Source: Anolis carolinensis (lineage: Eukaryota). From it: 64,000 bases of DNA. A program made the position numbers and the translations under genes. The DNA lies in contig NC_085846.1 in the NCBI RefSeq assembly GCF_035594765.1, positions 10,155,190 through 10,219,189 on the forward strand. Direction: 5' to 3'. Position 1 is the first letter of the stretch. Each line of letters begins with the position of its first letter. The notes under the pieces are model-generated. The model was not told the origin of the DNA, ran no database searches, and saw only the letters and a list, made by a program, of their open reading frames with translations. Shown piece by piece: positions 12,777 to 24,800 of the stretch.

Positions 12777-15448
12777 ACACAAAATTTTATTTGTATTTAT
12801 TTATTTATTTATTTATTACAATACTTATATCTTGCCCTTCTCACCCATCGGGGACTCAGGGCGGCTTACAATAAAACACAATATAAAAATATTACAACAA
12901 TTCCATCAATTAAAATTAAATACATTAAACATTGATAAAATATACATATAAATATACAATTGGTGCATTTCGAGTCTGATAGCTGATCTGTCATTGAGTT
13001 CTAGGATGGTAATAATTGTTGCTGCTGTTATTGATAAAACTCAGCACTCAAAGATGTTATCTAAGGGAGAGGGCCTTTATGGGATTTCACTGCTCATATC
13101 CACTAGATTCTATAAAGTCTCATGTATTATACAGGGTGTTTGAAAAAGAACTCCCTAGTTTCCATTTAATTTAAATGGAAACTAGGGAGTTCTTTTTCAA
13201 ACACCTCTATTATGTATTACTTGGAAGTGGTTTGATGCACTACTTATAGGATCCAGTGGAAACTGAGCTGTGAGGTCCAATAAATATAAATTTCACCCCA
13301 TGTATAGATTTGAATGTTCATCAGCTCATCATGCAACACACGATGTTGTAGTTTGCCCATCCCTAATCTACATGGAACCAGTCAAAGATGTAATCTAAGA
13401 TCTAAGTAACATGTATCAATGATGCTATGCCAGGAAGCTAGATGGTGATGTGTTGAAAAATATGGGGGAATGATGAGATGTTATGTAAAATAAAATAAAA
13501 TAAAATAAACAAATTATGAGCTCAGGTTGCTGTGATTTTTCCAGGCTGTATGGCCATGTTCCAGAAACATTTTTTCCTAACGTTTCTCCTGCATCAGGAG
13601 AGAATGCTTCTGGAACATGGCCATACAGCCCGGAAAATTCACAGCAACCCAGTGATTCTGGCCATGAAAGCCTTCGACAACACATTGTTAGGAGCTCATT
13701 ATTGCTGACACATCGATCTCTTTTATGCTACCCAGGAATATGCTTTTTCTATTTCTGATCTGCAGTCGACCAAAGTTCAGAAAAATAATACAAGTGACCA
13801 AAATGGAAAAAAAAATTATAACCTTAACTGAAACTTCCAACTGTGAGACAGGTGCCTTCCATGTGAGTAGAACATTGATTTTAATCTACATTTTTATATT
13901 TTTCAGATGAAAACTACATTTGATCATGCCCCACCTGCCCCATTGATATAAAATCCACTAGCTACTACTACATGGTCCAGCATTAATAATTTCAGAATCA
14001 AGTTATTTTTTTCACACCAGAAAACCCATCACTAACAGTAATGTCATCTAAGCATAGAAAGAATGGTAGAATGAAAGATAAATGAATGTCTCAATTCACA
14101 TTCAGGCAATATCTTTCCAAAATTGCTTAGGGAAAAGTTAACAAAAAAGCAAATTTAGGGACTATAGATATCAAATTCTCCTTAAAATCCTGTTCTGAGG
14201 GTGAGCTTACCTGTGTAAATTTATAGATGCACAGGATATCTGCCATGAAAAGACAGACATTGGAAGTAGGTCCCCCAATGACTGCTACTGGGTTGTCCTG
14301 GGTGTCACATTTGTAGTTAGGGACAAATTTGCCCCAGGTAGAAAGGAGTTCCAGTGAAGCAAGATATGTCAAATCGGCGAGAAAATTACTGTTGTAAATG
14401 GAGAAACCCAATGTGATGTTGGGTAAGATGAGGGAATTTTCATTGATCTCCTTAATGGCAAAAATCAAGGCCAGTATGTGTTGGTAGTTGTGAGTAAACA
14501 CTCTGAAATAACAGTAACAGCGGATTTATATTTCAGATTAATACACATATTCTATCTGCATTGCACTAAAATATATTGAAGAATGTCTGACTACAGATAC
14601 AGAAAAATGGGTTTGAGCCTTAACCTTCTACAGGTATACAGTTCAGTACTGATGTAGAAGGTGTGGATCAGAATTCATGTGTATATTATTATTCTTATTA
14701 TTATAATTTTCACTCTATCCTGCTTAATCCCTACAAAAAGAGACCCAAAGCACTAAAAACAATGCAATATTACAAACGTGGAATAATATTTATTAGTAAT
14801 TTTCTTTTTTAGAGGAAGCAACAAAGTCATGAATAACTATGAAAGACTTTCACAGGTCATTACTAATATTATAAATCATGCTCACATGGCATTTTTGTGC
14901 ATGCAATCACATTTTCTGTGCAGGAAGCTACATTTTGAGTTTCTGTACAGAAAATGATGCACATAATTTTTTGGTACAAAACAATGAACATATTTGCAAG
15001 TTTTACATAAAATAAGTCCCATATGGCAAACACTTTTACAAACATTTTTGTACATTTTCTAATATTATTTCTATCTTTAATTTAAACCAGTTCCAACATT
15101 ATAACAACTGAATTTTTAACAGATCCCAACCTCTCTTATGTCTGAAGTATTGCATGCAATAATTTGAAGGGAAAAACCAAATTCATACATTGTATCTCCT
15201 TGAGATTTCTCAACAGGATTTTGTCTAAAGGATATCTCTTCAGAAGACTTAAAAATCTGAGACAGAATGGCACCTATGAGCAGGTCTCCAGAAATGTGAT
15301 ACTTGTGATGAATACGAAGAGATCGACCAATGTCACATGAACCAGCTTTGCATGCCACCTGAAACAGACTGAATACCAGCAGAATGAAAATGAGTTGGGT
15401 GGATAGTTTAATTCTGCATAGAAATACTCCACTTGGACAATTATTCAT
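3705..15448 (-). CDS. V2R gene B, complete, about 884 aa
   Basis: Exons 15189-15448, 14211-14502, 11191-12036, 8832-9059, 7132-7258, 3705-4606 join in frame (2655 nt): Venus flytrap, Cys-rich domain, 7TM with KANN and [10 protein letters not shown]. An upstream in-frame ATG at 15478 is not conserved in D or E. Confidence 0.92.
5040..5720 (+). mobile_element. L1-clade LINE ORF2 3' relic
   Basis: Encodes [20 protein letters not shown], the ORF2 C-terminal zinc knuckle; A-rich; absent from D, E, F. Confidence 0.75.
6648..6963 (+). mobile_element. Sauria SINE
   Basis: tRNA-like head (ggtggcgcagcgg), typical body, acctttacc tail, taaatt flanking duplication; absent in paralogs. Confidence 0.9.
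7132..7258 (-). CDS. V2R gene B exon 5 (Cys-rich)
   Basis: 127 nt, [40 protein letters not shown]. Confidence 0.92.
7486..8219. mobile_element. Non-autonomous hAT-like DNA transposon, left end lost
   Basis: Right TIR-like ttgagaactactg, internal aactacaactccca repeats; interrupts an L2 relic that is continuous in D, E, F. Confidence 0.7.
8832..9059 (-). CDS. V2R gene B exon 4
   Basis: 228 nt, [32 protein letters not shown]. Confidence 0.92.
9275..9492 (+). mobile_element. 5S rRNA-derived SINE relic (paralogous pieces in D, E, F)
   Basis: ctgatcttggatgc..cagccctggatagtgcttggatgg resembles the 5S internal promoter; CORE-SINE-type tail. Confidence 0.6.
9900..11045 (+). mobile_element. CR1 LINE 3' fragment with internal deletions
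   Basis: RT motifs [36 protein letters not shown]; (attctatg)n tail; empty site in E and F. Confidence 0.92.
11191..12036 (-). CDS. V2R gene B exon 3
   Basis: 846 nt, [31 protein letters not shown]; AAG acceptor, GTAAT donor. Confidence 0.9.
12785..13045 (-). mobile_element. L2-type 3' end fragment
   Basis: (ttta)n tail and gggactcagggcggcttaca stem. Confidence 0.65.
13130..13209. mobile_element. 80-bp palindromic Tc1/mariner-type MITE
   Basis: 35-bp perfect arms with 1-nt spacer, TA flanks, empty site in D, E, F. Confidence 0.8.
13522..13686. mobile_element. Penelope-like element fragment, inverted pLTR pair
   Basis: About 54-bp inverted arms plus ccatgaaagccttcgacaacac end. Confidence 0.82.
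14211..14502 (-). CDS. V2R gene B exon 2
   Basis: 292 nt, [36 protein letters not shown]. Confidence 0.92.
15189..15448 (-). CDS. V2R gene B exon 1
   Basis: Hydrophobic signal segment, [13 protein letters not shown] donor in phase 2. Confidence 0.82.
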
Positions 15449-16223
15449 TGCTTCCCAAATTGTGATCCAGGTCTCCATTAGTATTATAGTCTATTTGAAA
15501 TTACATTAGTTTGCTGGTTTGAAATCAGTTCTGTGAAGTATACACAATCAAAGCAAAGGAACCATCTTTTCCTCCATCTTCAACTCCAATGACAATATCA
15601 ATATGCATATAATTTAGAGCAATGCACTCCGATGCAGGTTCACTTGTAGATAAATCCCGTTGATTTTGTCATCCTGTAATCCTGTTTATAAAAGAACACA
15701 GACTGAACCTTTTCTTTGCTAGTATTCCCTGGAGTCTCCAGGTACGTAAAAAAAAGTAAGTGCAAATAGGATAAACGTGATCATTAAATGGGAGTACCCT
15801 GGGGTATTGCAAAAATATGTTTGTCACAACTCCACAGGTGTCTTCTCAGATCATACCAAATTTACCAGGAGTCATATGGGTCGTAATTATGTCTATAAAA
15901 AACATGTCCAGGAAGCAAAAAAAGCTTCCAAGGAAAGAACTAGTTTTCTGGGCATTAATTGGCTAGCCAATATTTTACACAAGTTTGAGACTATGGGGTT
16001 GATGTTTCCAAAAGTAAGGAGATCAGCATTGCTGGATTTGATTACAGGCCTAGATAGTCCACTTATTCGTGCTCTATTTAATCCTGGGGATTATTATTAT
16101 TATCCCTATTGACCTCATGGTTGGTGCATGGCCCTTACAATGCTTATAAAGATACTATGTCTTAAAAATGGCCACCATTGCAGCAGCCTGCACAAACAGG
16201 TCCAAAATGGGCCCCATTGTTGT

Positions 16224-16681
16224 GGCTGGGCTGTGGCGCAGCTGGCTAGTAACCAGCTGCAATAAATCACTACTGACCGAGAGGTCATGAGTTCAAAGCC
16301 CGGGTTGGGTTAAGCCCCTGACCATTAAATAGCCTGGCTTGCTGCCCCGAAAGACAGTTGCTTCTGTCAAGTAGGGAAATTTAGGTACGCTTTCTGCGGG
16401 AGGCTAATTTAACTAATTTACAACACCATAGAACTGCCAGCAAAACACAAGGAAAGGAATGAGGAAGTACAGCCACTAGTGGACGGTGAAGCAACAGCTC
16501 CCCCTGTGGTTGGAATCGTGAAGCTGGAAAAATGTTAAATGCCTCTGTGTCTGTCTATACTATATGTTGTTTGCCTGTTGGCATTGAATGTTTGCCATAT
16601 ATGTGTTCATTGTAATCCGCCCTGAGTCCCCTTCGGGGTGAGAAGTGCGGAATATAAATACTGTAAATAAATAAATAAATA
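16224..16681 (+). mobile_element. tRNA-headed SINE with L2-type tail
   Basis: A/B-box-like head, ccgccctgagtccccttcggggtgagaag stem, (taaa)n; near-identical copy at 29749. Confidence 0.85.
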
Positions 16682-17414
16682 CACATGGCAGCCTCCTAAG
16701 ATGGCTGTTGCAGTAGGCTAGCCATGTGTTGGGCCATGCTGTCCACCACAAGGCCTCCCGCTCTTCCCTGCCTGACATGAAGGCCTCAAATGCTCCCCTG
16801 GTACAGGTGTTGCCACCTGCCAGGAAGGATCTCAGCTTTCCCCCTGGTAAAGGTGTTGCCGTTTGCCATGAAGACCCCAAGCACTTGTCCGCCATGGTCT
16901 TCAAGTGTTGCCTCGGCAAGGGTGCGGCTGCCTGCCACAAGGTATCCTGTGCATTGCTGCCCATCACATGTGCTTTGCATGGATGCAGGGTGAGCCACTA
17001 CTTCCCATCATGGTGCTTTCCTGCCCTGTCAGCTGGGGGATAGGGAGGGCAAGCAAGGCTATGTGCTCACTTCTTCCCCTAACTTCAGCTTCACAGGTGA
17101 TGTAGGAGCACTGCTGATGAATGTTGCAGGACCCACCGCTCAGAACCAATGTGAGGGTTGCAGGGGCTTCATGCATTAAATATATGCCAGCCCTGCCCCC
17201 CCCCCCCCATAAAGTAGTCTCAGGCATAACTATGTTTTAAGAGATCTTCTTTGTTGGGTGCCAGCAAATAGCCATCCCCTCCCAGCTGGCAAGGAGGGGA
17301 AACCTAATTGTGGGGCCCTGTTATCTAACCAAATATTCTTCTCAAGGCAGGATCAAACCAGGAAATGCAGGAGAAGAAAACCAGGAAATGCAGGTCTAGC
17401 ATGAGAACGAACTA

Positions 17415-17704
17415 CAGTAAAACCCCGCTCGTCTGAGCCCCGCTCGTCCGAGCCTCCGTGCAATCCGAGCGGCTGAACGGGAGGGCCCCAAAGGCCCTCC
17501 CCATTCACCTGCTCGCTGGCGTGTGTGTTGCTAGGTAGATAGCAAGCTACCTAGCAACACGCACGGGGTGCTCGCCCCTTGGGAGAAGCCTCCCCTCCGT
17601 TGGGATGCAGGCTGAGTCCCAAGGGAGAGGCCTGGTAATCCGAGTCATCCGGGTTGACCGAGCTGAGGTCCGCCCGTTTAACTCGAACTACCAGGGTTCT
17701 ACTG
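17415..17704. mobile_element. Tigger/pogo-type MITE
   Basis: CAGTA...TACTG termini, TA duplication, CpG-rich internal hairpins. Confidence 0.75.
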
Positions 17705-17982
17705 TATAATGTATTTTCTCAGATAGCAGGAGATGTTGTGACCTGACATTTTGTTAGGGTTTCTATTGTCCCCCTATCCAAATGATAGGCCTTGTCTTAA
17801 CACATATTCCAGCTGTCACCTATCCTAATAGGAAATTTGTGAAAATTGAATAAATTAACATTTCTGTCTCAAAATGGAGACTGCCAACAGAGGAGGACAA
17901 CATCGTCCATCATATTCTGTGAAAAAAATTCACAAGAGGTCAGTCTTAGTGAATAAAATTAATCCCAGAAACAGACATGTGC

Positions 17983-18884
17983 TTAATGTTTTCTTTTTAT
18001 TAGTTGTTTCCTTATGTTCATATCAGGCCTCATGACAATGATATAGCACTTGGGGAAAAATATGAATCCAAGTAACCCAGCACTGGAAGCCAAGATGGAG
18101 AAGATCTCCACAGCCACCATATGTTTGCCTTTGCTGGAAAGGTAGGCTGGAACAAAGGAAATCCACACACTGCAGAAGACCAACATGCTGATGGTGATGA
18201 ACTTGGCTTCATTAAAACTGTCAGGCAACTTTCTGGCAAAGAATGCTGAAGTGAAACTGCAAATAGACAGGAAACCCATAAAACCCAGAACACAGTAAAA
18301 CATGGAAACAGAGCCTTCGTTACATTCGAGACTGATTTCTTCAGCCATTGAGATCACACCAAAATCTGGAAATGGAGGAAAGGTAGACAGCCACACTATA
18401 CAAATTGTGACTTGAATGAGAAAGCAGAAGATAATAATGGAGGTGGCTGTTCTTTTCCCCAACCATTTCCTCAAGCATGACACAGGCTTGGTGGTTTGGA
18501 AAGCAAGAATCACAGTGATCGTTTTGGCCAACACAGAAGAAATGGCCACCGAGAAGATGATGCCGAAAGCTGTCTGACGAAGGAGACAGGTCATCTTCTG
18601 TGGCTTTCCAATGAACAACAGAGCACAAAGGAAGGAGAGCAGGAGGGAGAGGAGGAGGGTGTAGGTGAGGGTCCGATTATTGGCCTTGACAATGGGAGTG
18701 TCCCGGTGTTTGAGGAAGATCCCAAGCACCACAACAGTCACACAAAACAGGAAAAGAGCCGAGCTGGCCAAACCTGTTCCAAATGGGTCTTCAAAACCAA
18801 GGAAAATTATATATTTGGGGATGCAGAAATCCCTGATCTTGTTTGGGTAATGATCTTCTGGACATTGAAAGCAGTCATCTACGT
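17983..18884 (-). CDS. V2R gene C exon 6 (7TM)
   Basis: 902 nt, CAG acceptor, full 7TM motifs. Confidence 0.93.
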
Positions 18885-21800
18885 CTGGTGAAAAGAACAC
18901 AATAATATATTATAATTCGTGGCTTGTTTTAATGTCAGTTATCAAATGTTATTTAAAAGCCACGAGCAAAGCGTGGTTGTTCAAAATCAGAGTGTCCAAT
19001 ATTGTATCTCATCCATATATTTGAATGAAGATGTATTTGGAAATAGGTCTGGATGATCCCAAAACAAAAAAGGAATTTCATTTCAGTATTCTGCACAAGA
19101 ATGTTACATTTCATGCCAGTTCAGTTTGGCTCAAGATTAGTGATCTGGTCAAAAGGGAGCTTTGGTGGTAAAAAATATTGCACTTAAGAGACATGCTCTT
19201 TTAAACCAGTAATGACATTATTCTGTCACAGTTAAATAGCTGAAATTTAACTATGACATCATCAGTATGGTGACATCATCAGTATGACCTCATCAGACCC
19301 CATCCATGGTGCTGGACACACTTTAAACCTGGTCTTCTGTTGGGGAAAAGATGATGGTAACAGTATAGTGGAGGAACTGTTTACATTTCTTTTCTCATGG
19401 ACCGATTACTACCAAGCACAGGCTACTCTGTGGCAATGAAGGCAGCACAAAAATCCTTTGTTGCTGCCAACATTGCATCTGCAAAGAACCAACTGAGAGA
19501 GCTGTTTTTAGGGTTGGAGGATTTTTAAACCATGCTCAGTCAGTTGACAGCACATTGTGAAGAATTTGCTAAGTTCTTCGCAGATAAAGTTGCTGAGATC
19601 TGTTCTGACTCTGTGGATGTAACTTGAGGCATCTGCTTGTCCTGTTTTAATGCATTCCTTTCAATTTATACAGCCTGATAACGTAGACAAGATCTTGGGA
19701 GAAATGAAGGCGACCACCTGTTCCCTGGACCCTTGTCCTTCCTGACTATGACACCCAACTCTATTATGTCTTTCCACCAAAAACCAAGAATGCCATCCTG
19801 GTCCTAAGCTGGTACCTGTCATCAGTAATGGACTGGACGAGTGCTAATAAATTGGAATTAAATCCTGACAAGACAGAGGTGCTCCTGGTCAGTCAGAAGG
19901 CAGATTAAGATATAGTGTTACATCCTATGTGGGATGGGATTACACTCCCTCTGAAGTTGCAGGTTTGAAACGTGAGGGTAATCCTGGATTCATGACTGAC
20001 CCTGGAGGCTCAGGTGTGGCCAGTGGCCAGGAGCACCTTTGTACAATTAAGGCTTGTGTGTCAGCTGCACCCATACCTTGAAACGCCAGATCTGGCCATG
20101 GTAGTCCACACCTTAGTTACATCCCGTCTGGATTACTGCAACGTGCTCTAAGTGGGGCTGTTTTTAAAGCTAGTTTGGAAGCTTCAACTGGTCCAGAGAT
20201 TGGCAGCCAGATTACTAACTGGGGCTCCGTACAGGGAGAGAACTAATTCCGTGCTACGACAGCTCTACTGGCTGCCGATCTGAATACAAAGTGCTGGTTA
20301 TTACCTTTAAAGCCCTAAATGGCTCGGGCCCAGACTATTTGGCCAACCATATCTCCATATACAAACCTCCTCGGGTACTAGGATCAGCAGACAAAGGCCT
20401 GCTCTCGGTCCCACCCCCATCTCAAGCACAGCTGGTAGGAACGAGAGAGGGAGCCTTCTCTGTGGTCACCCCCTGCCTCTGGAACTTCCTCTCTAAAGAT
20501 ATCAAAATCACCCCCTCCTTACCCTCCTTTAAAAAACAACTAAAAACCTTCTTATGCACCCAAACATATAGAGAGGATGAGGAATAGAATATCATGTATA
20601 GTCATCCTGGAATGGTAATGGTAATGGTAATGGTTACTTTGGCTCTGCTGGCTTTTAAACTTGTAAATTTTAACTAATTTCATATTTTTAATCTTGATTG
20701 TCTTGTTCTTTGTTTGTTTTTCTTAAGTTAGGAGTAAATTTGTAATTTTGTTGTTCTACCCCAATTTTGGCAATGTCTTTATTATTTTAATGTGGATGTT
20801 GATTTATTTTGTGGGACTTGGGTGGTGTTGGTTATTTTGTTCTTTGTCCAGCACCTTACGGTATTGAATGTTTGTCGATTTGTCATAAACTGCCTTAAAT
20901 CCCTATGGGGAGGTAGGGCGGGATATAAATAAAGATCATCATCATCATCATCATCATCTACAGCATTCCTGAAAAGCGGATCTCTGCCCCACATTTTTCC
21001 TACTAAGATGCCAGCTGATAAGATTCAATTAGATAAGGGTATATGCGGGTGAGTGATGGCAGCACATTTCAAATTTTTATCATCAAGAGTAATGAGACCG
21101 TGCCCCACCATAATCATTTCTTGATCCCTCTTAAGACATTTGATAATGTGGGCCAGAACTCCATTGGTACCATATAAATCAAGTTGCAATTTTTCCAGGA
21201 TTACCTAGCAATGGTGTAAAAAGGAAGATATGAAATATAAACTCTGAGCAACCCATTTTTCTATGTATGGTTTCTTCCATGGTCTCTGCAGCTAAGTTCT
21301 TATCATCAACCCGTATGCCACTGTAATGCAACAACAAGATTTGAGCCAAGGAGTATAATGTTACAATGCTTACTTCTCTGGTTTGAAATCTTTCCTTCTG
21401 GACAAGGAATACAATCAAAGCAGCAAAATGGTTTTCCTTCTTTCTTTTTCTTGCTATAGCCTGGGCGGCAGTTGTCATTACACAGAGAAAAAGGCCGTTC
21501 CTATCCACAAATGAAAGAGAATATTTGAACACGCAGATAATTTATTGTAAATGATTAGATGACTTGTGAGGAGTGTAATATAATAGAAATGAAATAGAAA
21601 ATAGTACGCAGTAGGTCTTTGGAAAATAGACAGGTTTTGTCTCTTTAACCATTTTTGGGAGAACATATCTATGCCCAACATGATATAAACACTGTTTACA
21701 CTCATGTTTTCTACTCCTTGATTTCTTCAGTCAATGCTTTATGCTTCTGTATTATATCATTATGCTTTAATATTTCCTGCTGTACTTTTGGCACAAGAGT

Positions 21801-24800
21801 ATGAAATGTGAACTTACCTTGGTCAGATTGTCTGGCCTCACTTTGTCCAGCCTCTTGAACAGTAAACCCTTTTGAAGATCTGCTCAATGCAGAATGGACC
21901 GTGCTTCTTCTGCAGTCCTATTTGTTTGGGAATTTCCCCACCCACCTTCCCCAGATTCTAATTCATGAAAGATGGCGCATCTCTGGATTAGTCTGGCTCC
22001 ACAGGATATTTCATTAACTAATGCGGACACATCAACCAGAGTTCTGTATCAGTTCCTTAATTATGTTGCCTCTTCTGCCTTCCTCAAAAAACCTGACCAA
22101 AGCACCATTGATCCTTGTTCTGATTGCCAGCCAAACGGATCTCCTTCTCTCCATGCAGCTGATGCCTGGGAAAGGTGGGAGCTATGGTTGTGACAATAGT
22201 GTCACAATGTGATTAAGCAGTGATTGTGAATATGGAACACTTATGGCTAGGTAACTGTTCCATATTTAAAATCACTTCTTAGTCACATTGTGACATTATT
22301 TCTACATTTGTCACACTCCATCACCTGCTTTAAGGCAACAACATATGAGCAGCCTGCTGCAATAAATCACTCTGACCATGAGGTCATGAGTTCGAGGCCA
22401 GCCCGTGGCGGGGTGAGCACCCATCAATTAAAAATAAAATATAGCCCCTGCTCGTTGCTGACCTAGCAACCCGAAAGATAGCTGCATCTATCAAGTAGGA
22501 AATAAGGTACCACTTATAAAAAAGTGGGGAGGCAAGGTTAAATAATTTACGACCTGGAATGAGGAAGTGCCGTTAGAGTGGATGATGAAGCAGCTGCTCC
22601 CCCCTGTGGCCAAAATCAAACATCCCCTCAGGAGAAGGTTAAATTGCCTCTGCGTCTGTCTGTCTCGGTCTCTGTCTGATGTGTTTATGGGCATTGAATG
22701 TTTGCCCTATGTGTGTATAATGTGATCCGCCCTGAGTCCCCTTCGGGGTGAGAAGGGTGGAATATAAATACTGTAAATAAATAAACAAACAGTTAGCTCC
22801 CCTTAATTGCAATTAGCAATTTCCATCCAAGTTACTTTGCTGGGCATCAGCTGCATGAGAAGAAGGAGGTCAATTCAGCTGGTGACTGGAGCATGGGTGA
22901 ATGGGTGAACCTTTCAGCTTCAGACTACTCCTTGATATCACTCTGTCCCAATATTTTGGTCTTTGGGGCGAACTCTCTTCTAAGGGAAGGGAGTGGCAGT
23001 TCTCTCCACTTCACAAGGGAGTCCCTTGAATCCTCATCAAAATTGACCCCCATTCGTCTTCTGCATGTATCATGGACTTCGGTGTTTATGGGATAGAGGA
23101 CCAACATAATGGTCTCTTCAGTTGTTACACCAATGAGAAAAAAAGTTTTTTTTTTTAAATTGGGGAAATTTGCCTTTTTTCATATGTACTTCACAGTGAT
23201 TTTATTTATTCATTTATTTTGCAAGGCAGCTCTGGATTCAAAATAATGGTTTTCAGTTAATCTCCCATCATTACCATATGCAGCAACAAAACCTTTTGAA
23301 CACTGAATACCACCTAGAGGTCCCACAGGATATGCTTGTGTCTTACCTGATCGAACCTGCCTGGCCATACAATAGCATTATCATGAATGGCGAACCCAAT
23401 GTTTGGAAATGTTTGTGAGTCTACCCTTCCCACTTTGACTCGAAGGAAGGACTCATTGTTGAATGTAACCCAGTTGATGATATCAAACCCAGTTGCTAAA
23501 TCCCCATTTTCATTCAAAGTAACCTTTTCACCAGCAGTGTTGTTAAATGAGATGTTTTCCAGGAAGGTGTGGAGCTGGATTGATAGTAAAGAAAATGTAA
23601 TAATTATATGCACCATATAAATTAACCAGTACAAAAAAGTCAGGGTAACTAGCTCCTTAGTAAAAAATTAGAAACACCTTGGACTCAATTTAGATGTCAA
23701 TTTCACAGTTATGAACAGCAGAATTCAGATCTGTTTGATTTAGATCCAGTTGATTGGAATCTATACACTATATCTGAACCCGATTACATAATCTGAGTCC
23801 TCCCAAAATACACTTTTTATCAAACATTCACTTAAAATTTAGAGGGACTATCCCAATCCAATTTCATACAGTAACTCCATATCAAACAGCTCTAAACCTT
23901 GTTGCTTTTCAAATCAAAGAGAAGGTTTGACATGTAAGGAAACACAGATTAATTTTTCTGGACATACACACCTACACATGTGTGTTGACAAATTGAGAAA
24001 AAAACATATCAGAACAAATACAAATGCATAAGATGATCAAACACTGTTATACATTGCAACCCAGTGCTGGTAATATTATGACGATTGGATGCAATAAAAC
24101 AAAGTTCATTATGGTTTTGCTATGGACAGAATTCAAAATAAAATGCTTTCTATCTTATGCTGTATGCTATTAAAATGCTTTCTAAACATTCTGAATGCAA
24201 AAACATACCAATGTATCTTGCAAGAGGTTGAACATTACCTGCCACGATTGCAATTTTCGAAGGTTTTGTTTGCCTCCAGCTGTCCTGTGTTTAAACACAG
24301 AGAAGGACATCTGATGCAAAGCATGAGCTACAGCATAGACAGCATTGTACATACTATAGCTGTGACTGGTCATGTTCAGTTCAAAAACAGACCCAGGAAG
24401 GCTCTCCAGCTTCTCTTCTCCTGAACATATTGTCTCAGAATGGTCATCCAAACTAGAGTCTGGGAACAAACAGAGAAATGCTTGCTGCCAGAAGTCTTTG
24501 AGGAAGCCATCTTGTGGGTTTGAGTTTGGTTTTCTGTTTTTCAGAAAGTCGTGGAATCCTGAAACGTCCTCTGTGTGCACTGAAATGGATAAAGCACCAT
24601 GGATGAAACGGAGATCCCCAGATCTTTGAAAAGGAACTGATGTAAAATCCACTTGGGCTGTCATAATCCATATTTTACTTATTCTTGATTCTTCATGATA
24701 TTCTGGGATTTCTATCAGCATTCTCAAAGTGATCATTGTTTGTATTTCTCCATGCACAATCACCACATTGGCAATGCTTTTCTTGACAAGGCAAGCTATT

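Noticed and set aside
16690-17230. GC-rich stretch with overlapping ORFs upstream of gene B
   Set aside because: No recognisable domain or splice structure; probably a retroelement relic that I cannot assign.
22130-22880. About 30-bp imperfect inverted repeat around a SINE in gene C intron 4
   Set aside because: Too short and degenerate to define an element by eye; no target duplication found.
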